Assembly (NCBI GenBank): GCA_963813535.1 | Contig: CAWEZH010000003.1 | Coordinates: 352,001 to 416,000, forward strand | Origin: an uncultured Chloroflexia bacterium | GTDB taxonomy: Bacteria > Chloroflexota > Limnocylindria > Limnocylindrales > CSP1-4 | Reading direction: 5' to 3' | Length of the DNA stretch: 64,000 bases | Shown: piece after piece, positions 1 through 9,792 of the stretch | Numbering within the stretch: position 1 is the stretch's first letter | How the letters are laid out: each line of letters starts with the position of its first letter | Made by a program: the position numbers and the translations under genes | The notes under the pieces: generated by a model | What the model was told of the DNA's origin: nothing | The model's database searches: none | The model's input: the letters and a program-made list of their open reading frames with translations, nothing else

Positions 1-1490
1 TTGTCCCAGCTCACCTCGAGCGTATTCAGCGCGTTGCCGACGTCGTCGAGACTGACGTCGAGGCGCAGGCTGCGCGTGGCGATCGCGTTGATCTTCGAGG
101 CCGGCGTCACGTTGGCGTCGACCGGATAGAGGAAGTCGCCAGGGTCCTGACGGACGGCGCCGTCGAACCCGGTGGCCGCGGCCATCGCCTGGTCGTCCTG
201 ATCCTTGAACCACGCAAGGAGCAGCCGCTGGGAACGAAAGCGGTCGACGTGGCCGACCATCTCGGTCCACTTGTTCGGTGGCAACGCGATAAGGCGGGCA
301 AAGAGCTCATCAGCGAACGCCGACAGAAACGCCTTCCGATCCTCACCAGGTTCCGCGACGCGAGTCAGTTGGAGGGTCTTCAGGGTCGTTTCACCGCTGC
401 TGATCGTTGCGTCGTATCCCGGGACGGCGACGGGGCCTGTGACCTGGAGAAGCTCGTCGATCGTGTGTGTCGTGATCCCAAGGACGCCGTCGATGTCCGC
501 GTCTTGCGATTCGCTGGCATAGAGCTTCGCGGCGACCTGGGCGCTCGTCGGGAAGTCGGGCGACCAGTTCGCGTCTGACAACTGCCATCCCTGTCCGGAG
601 CCCAGCACGTAGTCCTCGAGGTCCTCTGGGGGAGCGATGAACGGGTTGTCTGGCCCATCCAGCAGGAAGACGTCGCGGAACGTGTGCTCGACCACATGCG
701 CGCGATCGAAGACGACGATGCCGTAACTCCCGATGTACCCGCCCGTCGGTCGGAGCTCGGCCGGGTTCTGCGTAAGGACCAGGTACCGGCGCGGCGCGTC
801 CCAGCCGAGCATCGCAGGCAAGCGGGCGCTCACCTCGACGTACGCGTCCAGGAGCGGCAGGTAGGTATGGATCTTGTCCGCCATCGTCGAGCGAGCGGCC
901 TCGATCGGGGCGGCCAGCCCCTTGGGCACCCTGTCCAGTGAAGCGGCTGCGCTCGTCACCGACTGCTGGGCATCGACGGCTGCCGAACGGGTCGTCGCCA
1001 TCAGCTCGACCATGCTCGCAAGCGTGGAATCGCCTGAAGGCGTCGAGGTTGCGCGTTCCTTGAGCTCGACGAAACGTCGGCCGATCAGCAACCCGTGGTC
1101 AGCCGCGTCCAGGAGTCGCCGTGCCGCCTCGAGGATGGCGTCGGCGCCGCGGACGTCAGCGGCGCTCAGCGGCAATGCGCGGGCTAGCCCGATGAGCGGA
1201 TCCGACTCAAGGAGAGTCCCGAGCTGGTCCACTTTGCCGCGGGTCGCGGCGATGCCCTGCTCGACCTCGTCGAGTCCCTGGCGATCGATCTCCATGCCGG
1301 CGCTCTCGACTCGGCTGGCCAGCGACACCACGTCGGCCTGGAGTGACCGCGCTTCGTCCAGTGCCGGCAGGTATCGGTCGAAGGCGAGCCAGCCCAAGCC
1401 GGCTGCCAGGACAACGACGAGGCCTCCTGCCCATAGCGCCCGCCATCGTCTGCGCCTGGTGCGACGGCGACGACGCCTCGTATCCGTCAC
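1..1490 (-). CDS. DUF4012 domain-containing membrane-anchored protein (3' end runs off the window)
   Basis: Not in the ORF track; translated by hand. GTG at 1490 overlaps the sortase stop (GTGA). Arg-rich N-terminus and TM helix ([22 protein letters not shown]), then RRYLVLTQNPAELRPTGGYIGSYG and DANWSPDFPTSA, which are typical DUF4012 motifs. Confidence 0.8.
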   Translation of the reverse strand, partial: MTDTRRRRRRTRRRRWRALWAGGLVVVLAAGLGWLAFDRYLPALDEARSLQADVVSLASRVESAGMEIDRQGLDEVEQGIAATRGKVDQLGTLLESDPLIGLARALPLSAADVRGADAILEAARRLLDAADHGLLIGRRFVELKERATSTPSGDSTLASMVELMATTRSAAVDAQQSVTSAAASLDRVPKGLAAPIEAARSTMADKIHTYLPLLDAYVEVSARLPAMLGWDAPRRYLVLTQNPAELRPTGGYIGSYGIVVFDRAHVVEHTFRDVFLLDGPDNPFIAPPEDLEDYVLGSGQGWQLSDANWSPDFPTSAQVAAKLYASESQDADIDGVLGITTHTIDELLQVTGPVAVPGYDATISSGETTLKTLQLTRVAEPGEDRKAFLSAFADELFARLIALPPNKWTEMVGHVDRFRSQRLLLAWFKDQDDQAMAAATGFDGAVRQDPGDFLYPVDANVTPASKINAIATRSLRLDVSLDDVGNALNTLEVSWD

Positions 1491-2056
1491 GGGGCCGGGT
1501 AGGCGATGACGATGAACCGCGGATCCGTAGCGTCCTCTGACGTCGATGTCTGCAGCGTCAGCTGCTCGGTCGGTGTCGGGTGCGTGTACTCGAGCGCGCT
1601 CCAAGGCGCATCGGGGACGATCCTGGCGACGTCATAGGCGTGGGCAGATCCGTTGGCCATGACGATCACGACACGATCGCCCGGTCGTGCCTCCTTCAAG
1701 CGGAGGAACAAGCCTTCTCGGGCATGACCGTAGACGTAGATGTTGGTGCCGTCTCCCGGCCAACCTGAGCCTGGAAAGTGCGCCGCGGTATCCAGCGGTG
1801 CGTCGATCCCGTCGCCCTCGATGATCGGCAGGTCGATCCCGAGTCGTTCATATCGGATCCGGTCGACGGGGACCGGTGACGCGGCCATGCCCGCCGAACC
1901 ATCAGTCGAGGATCCGGGGGCAGAGCCAGAAACAGCCTGGCCGTCTGTCGAAAGCCGCGGGCCTCCGCTCAGCCCGACCGCCACGACGGTTCCAACCAGG
2001 ATCAGCAGCCCGACTAGGGCAACGGACATGAGCAGACGGTGCTGGTGGATCCTCAT
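1487..2056 (-). CDS. Sortase-family protein (catalytic TLxTC reads TLQTS)
   Basis: N-terminal TM anchor, LGIDLPIIEG, AHFPGSGWPGDGTNIYVYGHAR, LTLQTSTS...PRFIVIA: sortase fold motifs. Confidence 0.85.
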   Translation of the reverse strand: MRIHQHRLLMSVALVGLLILVGTVVAVGLSGGPRLSTDGQAVSGSAPGSSTDGSAGMAASPVPVDRIRYERLGIDLPIIEGDGIDAPLDTAAHFPGSGWPGDGTNIYVYGHAREGLFLRLKEARPGDRVVIVMANGSAHAYDVARIVPDAPWSALEYTHPTPTEQLTLQTSTSEDATDPRFIVIAYPAP

Positions 2057-2102
2057 CGACTAGACGTGGTCAACGGGAGGCGCGGCCGTACCCGTTGGCG
2101 GC

Positions 2103-2732
2103 TCAGTGGCGGCGCAGTCGATCCGGCCGGATGAGCAGGCCGATTCCGAGAAGGAGTGCGAGGACCGCGAGGAGCGTCGGTGCCGTGCTAGGGGAGGTCG
2201 AGGTCCTTGGCAACTCACCGATCGCCCGGACCGGGGTGCCCTGCGTCTTTGACGACGATCCGGTGGTCAGGCTGCCGGTGTTCGATCCAGAGCCGACACT
2301 CTGCACGCCCGACCGACCGTACCGATCATCGTCATCGTCGTCGTCGTCCTTGACCTTGACCCTCAGGCTCAGCTTTCCGCTGACATCGTTCCATCTGGCC
2401 TTGATGACCCGCTTGCCCGGCTTGCAACCGAACTCGATGGTCGTCGTTGCCACACCGCTTGCATTGGTCGTTGACTGCTCGGGGCTGATGTCATCCCCCG
2501 CCTTCGACTTCTTGAACGACCAATGGACGACGGCCCCTACCACCGGGGTCCCGTTGGCATTTCGAACGGTGGCGCTGAACGTGAACGACTGGTCGCACTC
2601 CACGGGTCCCCGCGGGCCGCTGATAGCGAGCGACGCGCGCTGCGGGCTCGTCGCGGATGTCGTTCCGACGGCGACCATCGCGACGAAGATGCCGATGAGG
2701 CACCCGAGCAACCAGACTCTGCTTCGGATCAT
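2103..2732 (-). CDS. Secreted Ig-like (Big-1) surface protein with LPRTS sorting signal
   Basis: C-terminal part of ORF 2103..3542, with ATG at 2732 and a G-rich RBS. Signal peptide, Big-1-like ATVRNANGTPVVGAVVHW...TTNASGVATT, poly-Asp linker, LPRTS + hydrophobic helix + RPDRLRRH tail. Confidence 0.75.
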   Translation of the reverse strand: MIRSRVWLLGCLIGIFVAMVAVGTTSATSPQRASLAISGPRGPVECDQSFTFSATVRNANGTPVVGAVVHWSFKKSKAGDDISPEQSTTNASGVATTTIEFGCKPGKRVIKARWNDVSGKLSLRVKVKDDDDDDDDRYGRSGVQSVGSGSNTGSLTTGSSSKTQGTPVRAIGELPRTSTSPSTAPTLLAVLALLLGIGLLIRPDRLRRH

Positions 2733-2848
2733 CCGTCCCCCGTTCGGTCCCGCCTGCATCGCAGGAGGTGCCGACATTCGTGGCAGGTTGACCATACACC
2801 TGCCCACAAGACCCCACAGGCCTGTTCTCGCGGCGGACGGTGCGAACG

Positions 2849-3663
2849 TCATGTCGTCGGCGTCGGTGTCGGCGTCGATACGCTTGTCGGTGCGGGTGTC
2901 GGATTCGAACTCGGTGCGACGACCGCCGGGAAGGCAAGCGGCCCAGGCCGCGCGGCGATGGCCCAGACCGCGGTCAGTCCGAGGGCGAGAAGGGCGACGA
3001 TTGCCGCCAGATCGACCGACCCGCCGTCCACGCCGGCGGCGCAGGGCCGACCGATGTGGACGGTTATCGGCAGCCGGCGAGGCGATCCGTCGAGCGGCGA
3101 TCTCCGCCCGGTCGCGCTGCAACCGGTCATCGAACGCAGCAGGGCCCTCGACGATGTCCGATGCCGGGAAGCGGGGACATGTCTGGAAGGTTTCGGACAG
3201 GCAGTACGCGCCCTGATGCGGCAGGGAGATCTTCTCGACCTTGCCGGCGACATGACATCGATGACCCGGGGAAGCGAACATGAAGTGCGTCGCCGCGTCG
3301 TCGACCAGGCCAAGATAGGGGCATGCGCTTGCCGTCAGGATCTCGCCGCTCGCGCTCGGGGCAACCGGGAGCGTCTCTGGCTCGACGGACTCTCCGGCCG
3401 GAGCTGACCGTGTGGTCTCGTCCTGCATTTCCGTGGCGATCGATGACGCGTCGGTCGGCCCGGCCTCGACGCGCTGCGCTTCGATGGCCGGGCGCCTGAC
3501 CCCCTGGACCACGGCAAGGATGCCGCTCGTGTGACGCGGCATGACTGGGCTCGATCGGACGCGCCAACTCTGTGCTCGGCTCGAAGTCGAACCTGCACTT
3601 CAGGCAATAGCGGAAGGAGCCAGCTCGAGCCGTCCCGCAAACGGAGCATCGTTCGGTGGCCAC
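2849..3663 (-). CDS. Cys-rich (zinc-ribbon) membrane protein, split by two apparent frameshifts
   Basis: Three frames join into one protein: CSVC...CLKC ribbon (from 3663), CPYLGLVDDAATHFMFASPGHRCH...HQGAYCLSETFQTCPRF, then a TM helix and Pro/Thr tail ending at 2849. Confidence 0.55.
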
Positions 3664-3777
3664 GGGCCGCTCGACTCACCTCGATCAGGAGTCCGGACGT
3701 GTCCCCCGGTCCGGATGTGGCCCGTGATTGTGCCCGGAGTTTCCCTCGGATACCAGCGGGGCCCTTTCGCGCCAGAG

Positions 3778-4657
3778 TCACGACTGAGGGTCGTGCTCCT
3801 CGTCCGCCTCGATCGGAACGGCTGGCCGCCGGCGGGTCGATCGTCGCGGGATCGGCGGTAGGCAGTCCGGTCCAACCCTTGCGGTCCGTGGATGCGATGT
3901 TCGCCACGCCCCGTTCGACGGCCGCCTGTGGGATCCGCCAACCCCACGCCATCGGCCCGGTGATGCCACGCCGGAAGAGCAGGAAGCGGTCGGCGTCGGT
4001 CGTCGACTCGAGGAGCCGGTAGGAGCCCGCCTCCTCGACGATGTCGAGGACCGGCTTGAAGACCGTCTCGTACCAGTGACGGGCGCCCTCCTCGGGCGAC
4101 AACAGGCGGCCTTCATCGTGGGAGAGGTCCAGCGTGTGGGCCTTCACCGACTCTTCGAGCTCCAGGTATCCATCTGGGTCCGAGAGCGCGAACCGCTTCC
4201 TCGGACACGCCGCCGCAAGACCGGTCACCTTGCGGAACCGGAGCTCGCGCGCCGACGCTCGGATCGACGCCATCGTGGCCCCCGGGCCGACGTGGAGTTC
4301 GGTCTCGAAGCGGTCGACGTCCGCGTCGACCTCCGTCCGCCCGGCGGCGATGACCAGCGACAGGCGCTTGTGTCCGTCCTCCACGAAATAGCCGTGATCG
4401 ACCTGGATCAGCGTGATGGGCTTGTCGATCACGCTCGGGTCGGCGGCACGCTCGCGGATCGCGGTCCGGAGTCCCTTCGTCTTCGGTCGGAAGCAGGCGT
4501 CGAAGTCGTGGACTCGCCCGACGGAGCCGATGATGTCCGCCACCTGCACCTCCCGGCGACCGACCGGGAGGCGCGTCCCGAGGTTCAGCCGGCGGCGGAC
4601 ATCCTCGAATGACAGGAGGTCCCCGCAGTCACGACCGCGCAGCATCGCCTTCGCCAT
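3778..4657 (-). CDS. ParB-like N-terminal domain protein (DUF4032-type); probable frameshifts near both ends
   Basis: LLSFEDVRRRL...IIGSVGRVHDFDACFRP...PITLIQVDHGYFVEDGHKRLS. The true stop is probably 3778 via a frameshift near 3865; the true start may be GTG near 4695. Confidence 0.65.
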
Positions 4658-4808
4658 GGCATCCCAGTCTCACGCATCTGCACGGGCGTCGTCACGCGGA
4701 ATGCAAGTCAGGTCCCGTGCTCGCAGCCTTCCTGAAGTCGACGGCGGCTACGGTGCCAACACGCAACATCGCGCCAAGCGGATCCAGCAGCGCGAGGAGG
4801 AGACTCGG

Positions 4809-4919
4809 ATGAGGCTCAAGGGGCAGGGATCGAACACCATGCTGTGGATCGCCGCGATCGTGGTTTTGATCGTCGTGGTCGGCCTCGCCTACTACTTCCT
4901 CGTTCTCGCTCCGCGCTAA
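4809..4919 (+). CDS. Small single-pass membrane protein (36 aa)
   Basis: GAGGAG RBS, MRLKGQGSNTMLWIAAIVVLIVVVGLAYYFLVLAPR, directly upstream of the PRC-barrel gene. Confidence 0.6.
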   Translation: MRLKGQGSNTMLWIAAIVVLIVVVGLAYYFLVLAPR

Positions 4920-4931
4920 CGGAGGAACGTC

Positions 4932-6332
4932 ATGCGCAAGGGCAAGTCCGTCATCGGGAAGGATGTCTTGTCGCTTGCCGATGGCGTGAAGCTCCAGACG
5001 GTAAGCGACCTCGTGGTCGACGCCGGGGCACGGCGTGTCGTCGCCCTCGTCGTCGAAGAGGGTGGCTTCATGTCGAGCTCGATCGTCGTGCCGACGGAGG
5101 AAGTCGAGAGCTACGGCAGGGACGCGGTCGTGGTCCGCAGCGCCGAGTCGGTGATGTCGGTCGGCGACCACGCCGACCTCCGAGCCCTCGTGGAGCGTCA
5201 CGAGAAGATCATCGGCAAGAAGGTATTCACCACGACGGGCGACGATCAGGGCTCGATCAGCGATCTGTACTTCGACGAGCGGAGTGGCGATGTCCTGGGC
5301 TTCGAAGTTTCCAGCGGCCTGCTGGGCGACGCCGCCAAGGGGACGTCATATCTGGCCAACGACGAGATCACTGGGGTAGGACCGGAGTTGATGTACGTCC
5401 GACCGGAAACGGCGGACGTCCTCGAGGGGCAGGTCGGTGGGCTACAGGGAGTGATGGCGGACGCCGGGTCGAAACTCGGGCAAACCAAGGACGCCGCATC
5501 GAGGAAGCTCGATGAAGGAAGGCCGGAGGACAAGCTGATCGGCCAGCGGACGGGCTCCGATGTCGAAGCTGACGACGGCTCCGTCATCGTCCCGAAGGGC
5601 CGTCGGATCCGAGAAGAGGATGTCGCCGCCGCGCGCGAGGCGGGGAAGCTTCCCGCGCTGAGCTCATCCGTGGCCATGGCTACTGCGCAGAAGGCCGGAG
5701 CAGAAGCGCAGGATGCCCTGGGCACCGTCGGTGACTCAGCCGCCAGCCTGTGGGACAAGTTCACGGCCAAGGTCGGAGAGATGACCGACGCGACCGGGAA
5801 GCGCGTCGACCAGGAGCAGACCAAAAGGCGGCTCTCGGAGATCACGGACGCCATCGGTCGTCCGGTCAAGAAGGTCATCCTCGACCGCGAGGACAACGTG
5901 GTCCTGAACCTTGGCGACATCATCACGCACCAGGCCGTCCAGCGTGCACATGACTCAGGCGGGCTCGATAGCCTCCTGGGCTCCGTCTACAAGGCCGACG
6001 TCGAGTTTTCGAAGGAGGAGATGCGAGCTCCCAAGGAGGCGCCCGCACAGGCCACCGTCGAGAAGGCGAGTGGCGGAGCCGTGGTCGTCGACCAGCTGGA
6101 GACCAAGGTCGAAGTCGCTGAGACTGAGCGCGAGGCCGAGAAGGAGCGGAAGCGGATCCAGTCCGAGGCCGAACGCGAACAGCGCGAGCGGGAGCGCGAG
6201 CAGCGCGGAGCCGAGCGCGATGACGCGAAGGAGGCCCGCGAGGCCGAGGAACGCGAGGATCAGGCCGCTGCGTCGGCTGCAACCACGCAGACGAGCGCGA
6301 CGGCCGTGAAAGCGCGACCCAAGAAGGGCTAG
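4932..6332 (+). CDS. PRC-barrel domain protein with charged C-terminal coiled coil
   Basis: GGAGGA RBS; tandem PRC barrels (VIGKDVLSLADGVKLQTVSDLVVD; IIGKKVFTTTGDDQGSISDLYFDERSGDVLGFEVS). Confidence 0.8.
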   Translation: MRKGKSVIGKDVLSLADGVKLQTVSDLVVDAGARRVVALVVEEGGFMSSSIVVPTEEVESYGRDAVVVRSAESVMSVGDHADLRALVERHEKIIGKKVFTTTGDDQGSISDLYFDERSGDVLGFEVSSGLLGDAAKGTSYLANDEITGVGPELMYVRPETADVLEGQVGGLQGVMADAGSKLGQTKDAASRKLDEGRPEDKLIGQRTGSDVEADDGSVIVPKGRRIREEDVAAAREAGKLPALSSSVAMATAQKAGAEAQDALGTVGDSAASLWDKFTAKVGEMTDATGKRVDQEQTKRRLSEITDAIGRPVKKVILDREDNVVLNLGDIITHQAVQRAHDSGGLDSLLGSVYKADVEFSKEEMRAPKEAPAQATVEKASGGAVVVDQLETKVEVAETEREAEKERKRIQSEAEREQREREREQRGAERDDAKEAREAEEREDQAAASAATTQTSATAVKARPKKG

Positions 6333-6355
6333 TCCGACCGCCGGTCCTGTCTAAG

Positions 6356-8170
<1,815 letters not shown>

Positions 8171-8268
8171 CAATACCGTCCGAAGCTATCGAAACGTGGC
8201 TGGTAACCGCATTCGATAGCGTTCACGTCGAGGGACGAACAACGCCTACGACGGAGAACATCGCCGAT

Positions 8269-8538
8269 ATGAGCGAACCGAAGCGCGAACTGGCAGGTCG
8301 GTCCGACAAGCTGCTTGACGCCCTGCGGCATCTCAAGGAGACCGAGGAACGCAAGCGCAAGGTCCCGATCTCCACTCCCGCCTTTCACGAGCTTGCGAAC
8401 GACGTCAACGCGACGAGTCGAGAGATCTTCCGGATCGCTCGCGATCAGGATGACCTGGGCGACGCCATACCGACCGGCTCCGACACGATCGAGGACGTCG
8501 ATCGCGACCGCGCTAACGGATCGGGGCGCGAAACCTGA
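8269..8538 (+). CDS. Hypothetical helical protein (89 aa)
   Basis: GGAGA RBS; MSEPKRELAGRSDKLLDALRHLKETEERKR, protein-like composition. Confidence 0.6.
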   Translation: MSEPKRELAGRSDKLLDALRHLKETEERKRKVPISTPAFHELANDVNATSREIFRIARDQDDLGDAIPTGSDTIEDVDRDRANGSGRET

Positions 8539-8555
8539 GTCGCTTCTCGCCCGAG

Positions 8556-8747
8556 CTACTCGCGGCGCGGGGTCGGTAGGTCCGCCGCGTCTGGTTGCGC
8601 AGCCTCATCGGCGCGGGCCTGGTATTCGCGTCGTCGCTCTTCCTCGACGAGCCGCGCCCGGAACCACGGCGCCGTCCGTGGCGCCGTGCCTTCTAGCTCA
8701 CGGACCGCAGCGCGCCACGCGTCGAGTGCCTCCGTGATGAGTCTCAT
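8556..8747 (-). CDS. Hypothetical protein (63 aa), last gene of the hsp20 operon
   Basis: GGGGAG RBS right after the hspR-like stop; helical sequence. Confidence 0.55.
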   Translation of the reverse strand: MRLITEALDAWRAAVRELEGTAPRTAPWFRARLVEEERRREYQARADEAAQPDAADLPTPRRE

Positions 8748-8756
8748 GGTCTCCCC

Positions 8757-9101
8757 TCACGGTTCCCTGCTCATGTCTGAAGCCTCATCGATCGCCGTCT
8801 GAAGCTCGGCGGTGGTGGAGTCCGATGGCAATGCGTCCAACCGATCGGCCATCCCTAGCGCGAGCTCGAGACCGGCGATATTGATCCCCCGAACCTCGAC
8901 CAGATGCCGGATCCGTCGCAGGCGTTGGATGTCCTCATCTGAATACAGGCGTTGGTTGCCGTCCTGCCGTGCCGGCGTCAGGAGACCCGCTCGCTCGTAT
9001 TTGCGGAGCGTCTGCGGGTGCATCCCGGTCAGGCGAGACGCGACGGCGATCGAGTAGAGGCCGCCGCTCTCGCCCGCGAGAGGCTCCGTATCAGGAGCCA
9101 T
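8757..9101 (-). CDS. hspR: MerR-family regulator, HspR-like heat-shock repressor
   Basis: LYSIAVASRLTGMHPQTLRKYERAGLLTPAR..GNQRLYS..DIQRLRRI...GINIAG; overlaps the hsp20 stop. Confidence 0.75.
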   Translation of the reverse strand: MAPDTEPLAGESGGLYSIAVASRLTGMHPQTLRKYERAGLLTPARQDGNQRLYSDEDIQRLRRIRHLVEVRGINIAGLELALGMADRLDALPSDSTTAELQTAIDEASDMSREP

Positions 9102-9567
9102 TCGAGCCAGCGCCGATCTGTCGCGCCGACCCGACCTTGATCTGCTTGGGCTTGGCGTCCGCGGTCTTCGGCAGGGTCAGCGTCAGGATCCCATCCTCGA
9201 AGGTCGTTTCTGCCTTGTCCGCATCGATGGAGCGGGGCAAGGTGACTTGCCGGATGTACTCCCCGGGCGTCACCTCGTGGACGAGCCAACTGGCACCCTC
9301 GGGGAGCTCCGTTTCCTCGCTCTTCGCCCGAAGCGTCAGGACGCCACCCTGGAACTGGATGTCGATGCCCTCGGGCGCAACCCCCGGAACGACCGCTCGG
9401 ACGACCATGTCATCCGACGTCTCGAAGATGTCGAGCGGCAGGTAATTGGTTCCGGGGGACCACGTCAGCCAGCTGCCTGGGCTGACCCACCGATCCTCGA
9501 ACAACCGATCCATGCCATCCCGCAGGGACATGAAGTCGCGCAGCGGGCTGAAGCCGTGACGAGCCAT
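9091..9567 (-). CDS. Hsp20/alpha-crystallin small heat-shock protein
   Basis: PLDIFET...VVRAVVPGVAPEGIDI...AETTFEDGILTLTLPK; AAGGAGG RBS. Confidence 0.95.
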   Translation of the reverse strand: MARHGFSPLRDFMSLRDGMDRLFEDRWVSPGSWLTWSPGTNYLPLDIFETSDDMVVRAVVPGVAPEGIDIQFQGGVLTLRAKSEETELPEGASWLVHEVTPGEYIRQVTLPRSIDADKAETTFEDGILTLTLPKTADAKPKQIKVGSARQIGAGSNGS

Positions 9568-9617
9568 TTCGACGTCAACCTCCTTCTGCTAATAGCGTGG
9601 CGTCATGCCACGTGTCG

Positions 9618-9648
9618 TGTATAGCAATATGACACATAGCATGTCAAG
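9618..9648 (-). promoter_or_regulatory. Sigma70-type promoter with overlapping HAIR-like inverted repeat
   Basis: Minus strand TTGACA-N18-TATACA. CTTGACA-N7-TGTCATA (9628..9648) overlaps the -35 element. Confidence 0.6.
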
Positions 9649-9737
9649 TTCCCTTCCACGGTCCGCGTTGGGTGGTGCGTCCAGGCACCACGAATCCGAC
9701 GGCAGCACCGCCGTTGGGATGGCCCGACTAACCGCCC

Positions 9738-9764
9738 GCGGTGTTGACTGGGGTCAACAACCGC
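9738..9764. promoter_or_regulatory. Palindromic operator or hairpin upstream of the amidase
   Basis: GCGG-TGTTGAC-tggg-GTCAACA-ACCGC with a perfect 7-4-7 core. Confidence 0.4.
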
Positions 9765-9792
9765 ATATCGCCGAAAGGCGGGGGAGGATCGG

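Noticed and set aside
2103-3542. Single 479-aa protein as listed in the ORF track
   Set aside because: Chimera of the middle of a frameshifted Cys-rich gene, intergenic DNA and the Big-1 gene, which has its own RBS and signal peptide at 2732.
4658-4700. In-frame TGA upstream of the ParB-like gene as selenocysteine
   Set aside because: No Cys-equivalent motif context or evident SECIS; a one-base deletion explains it more simply.
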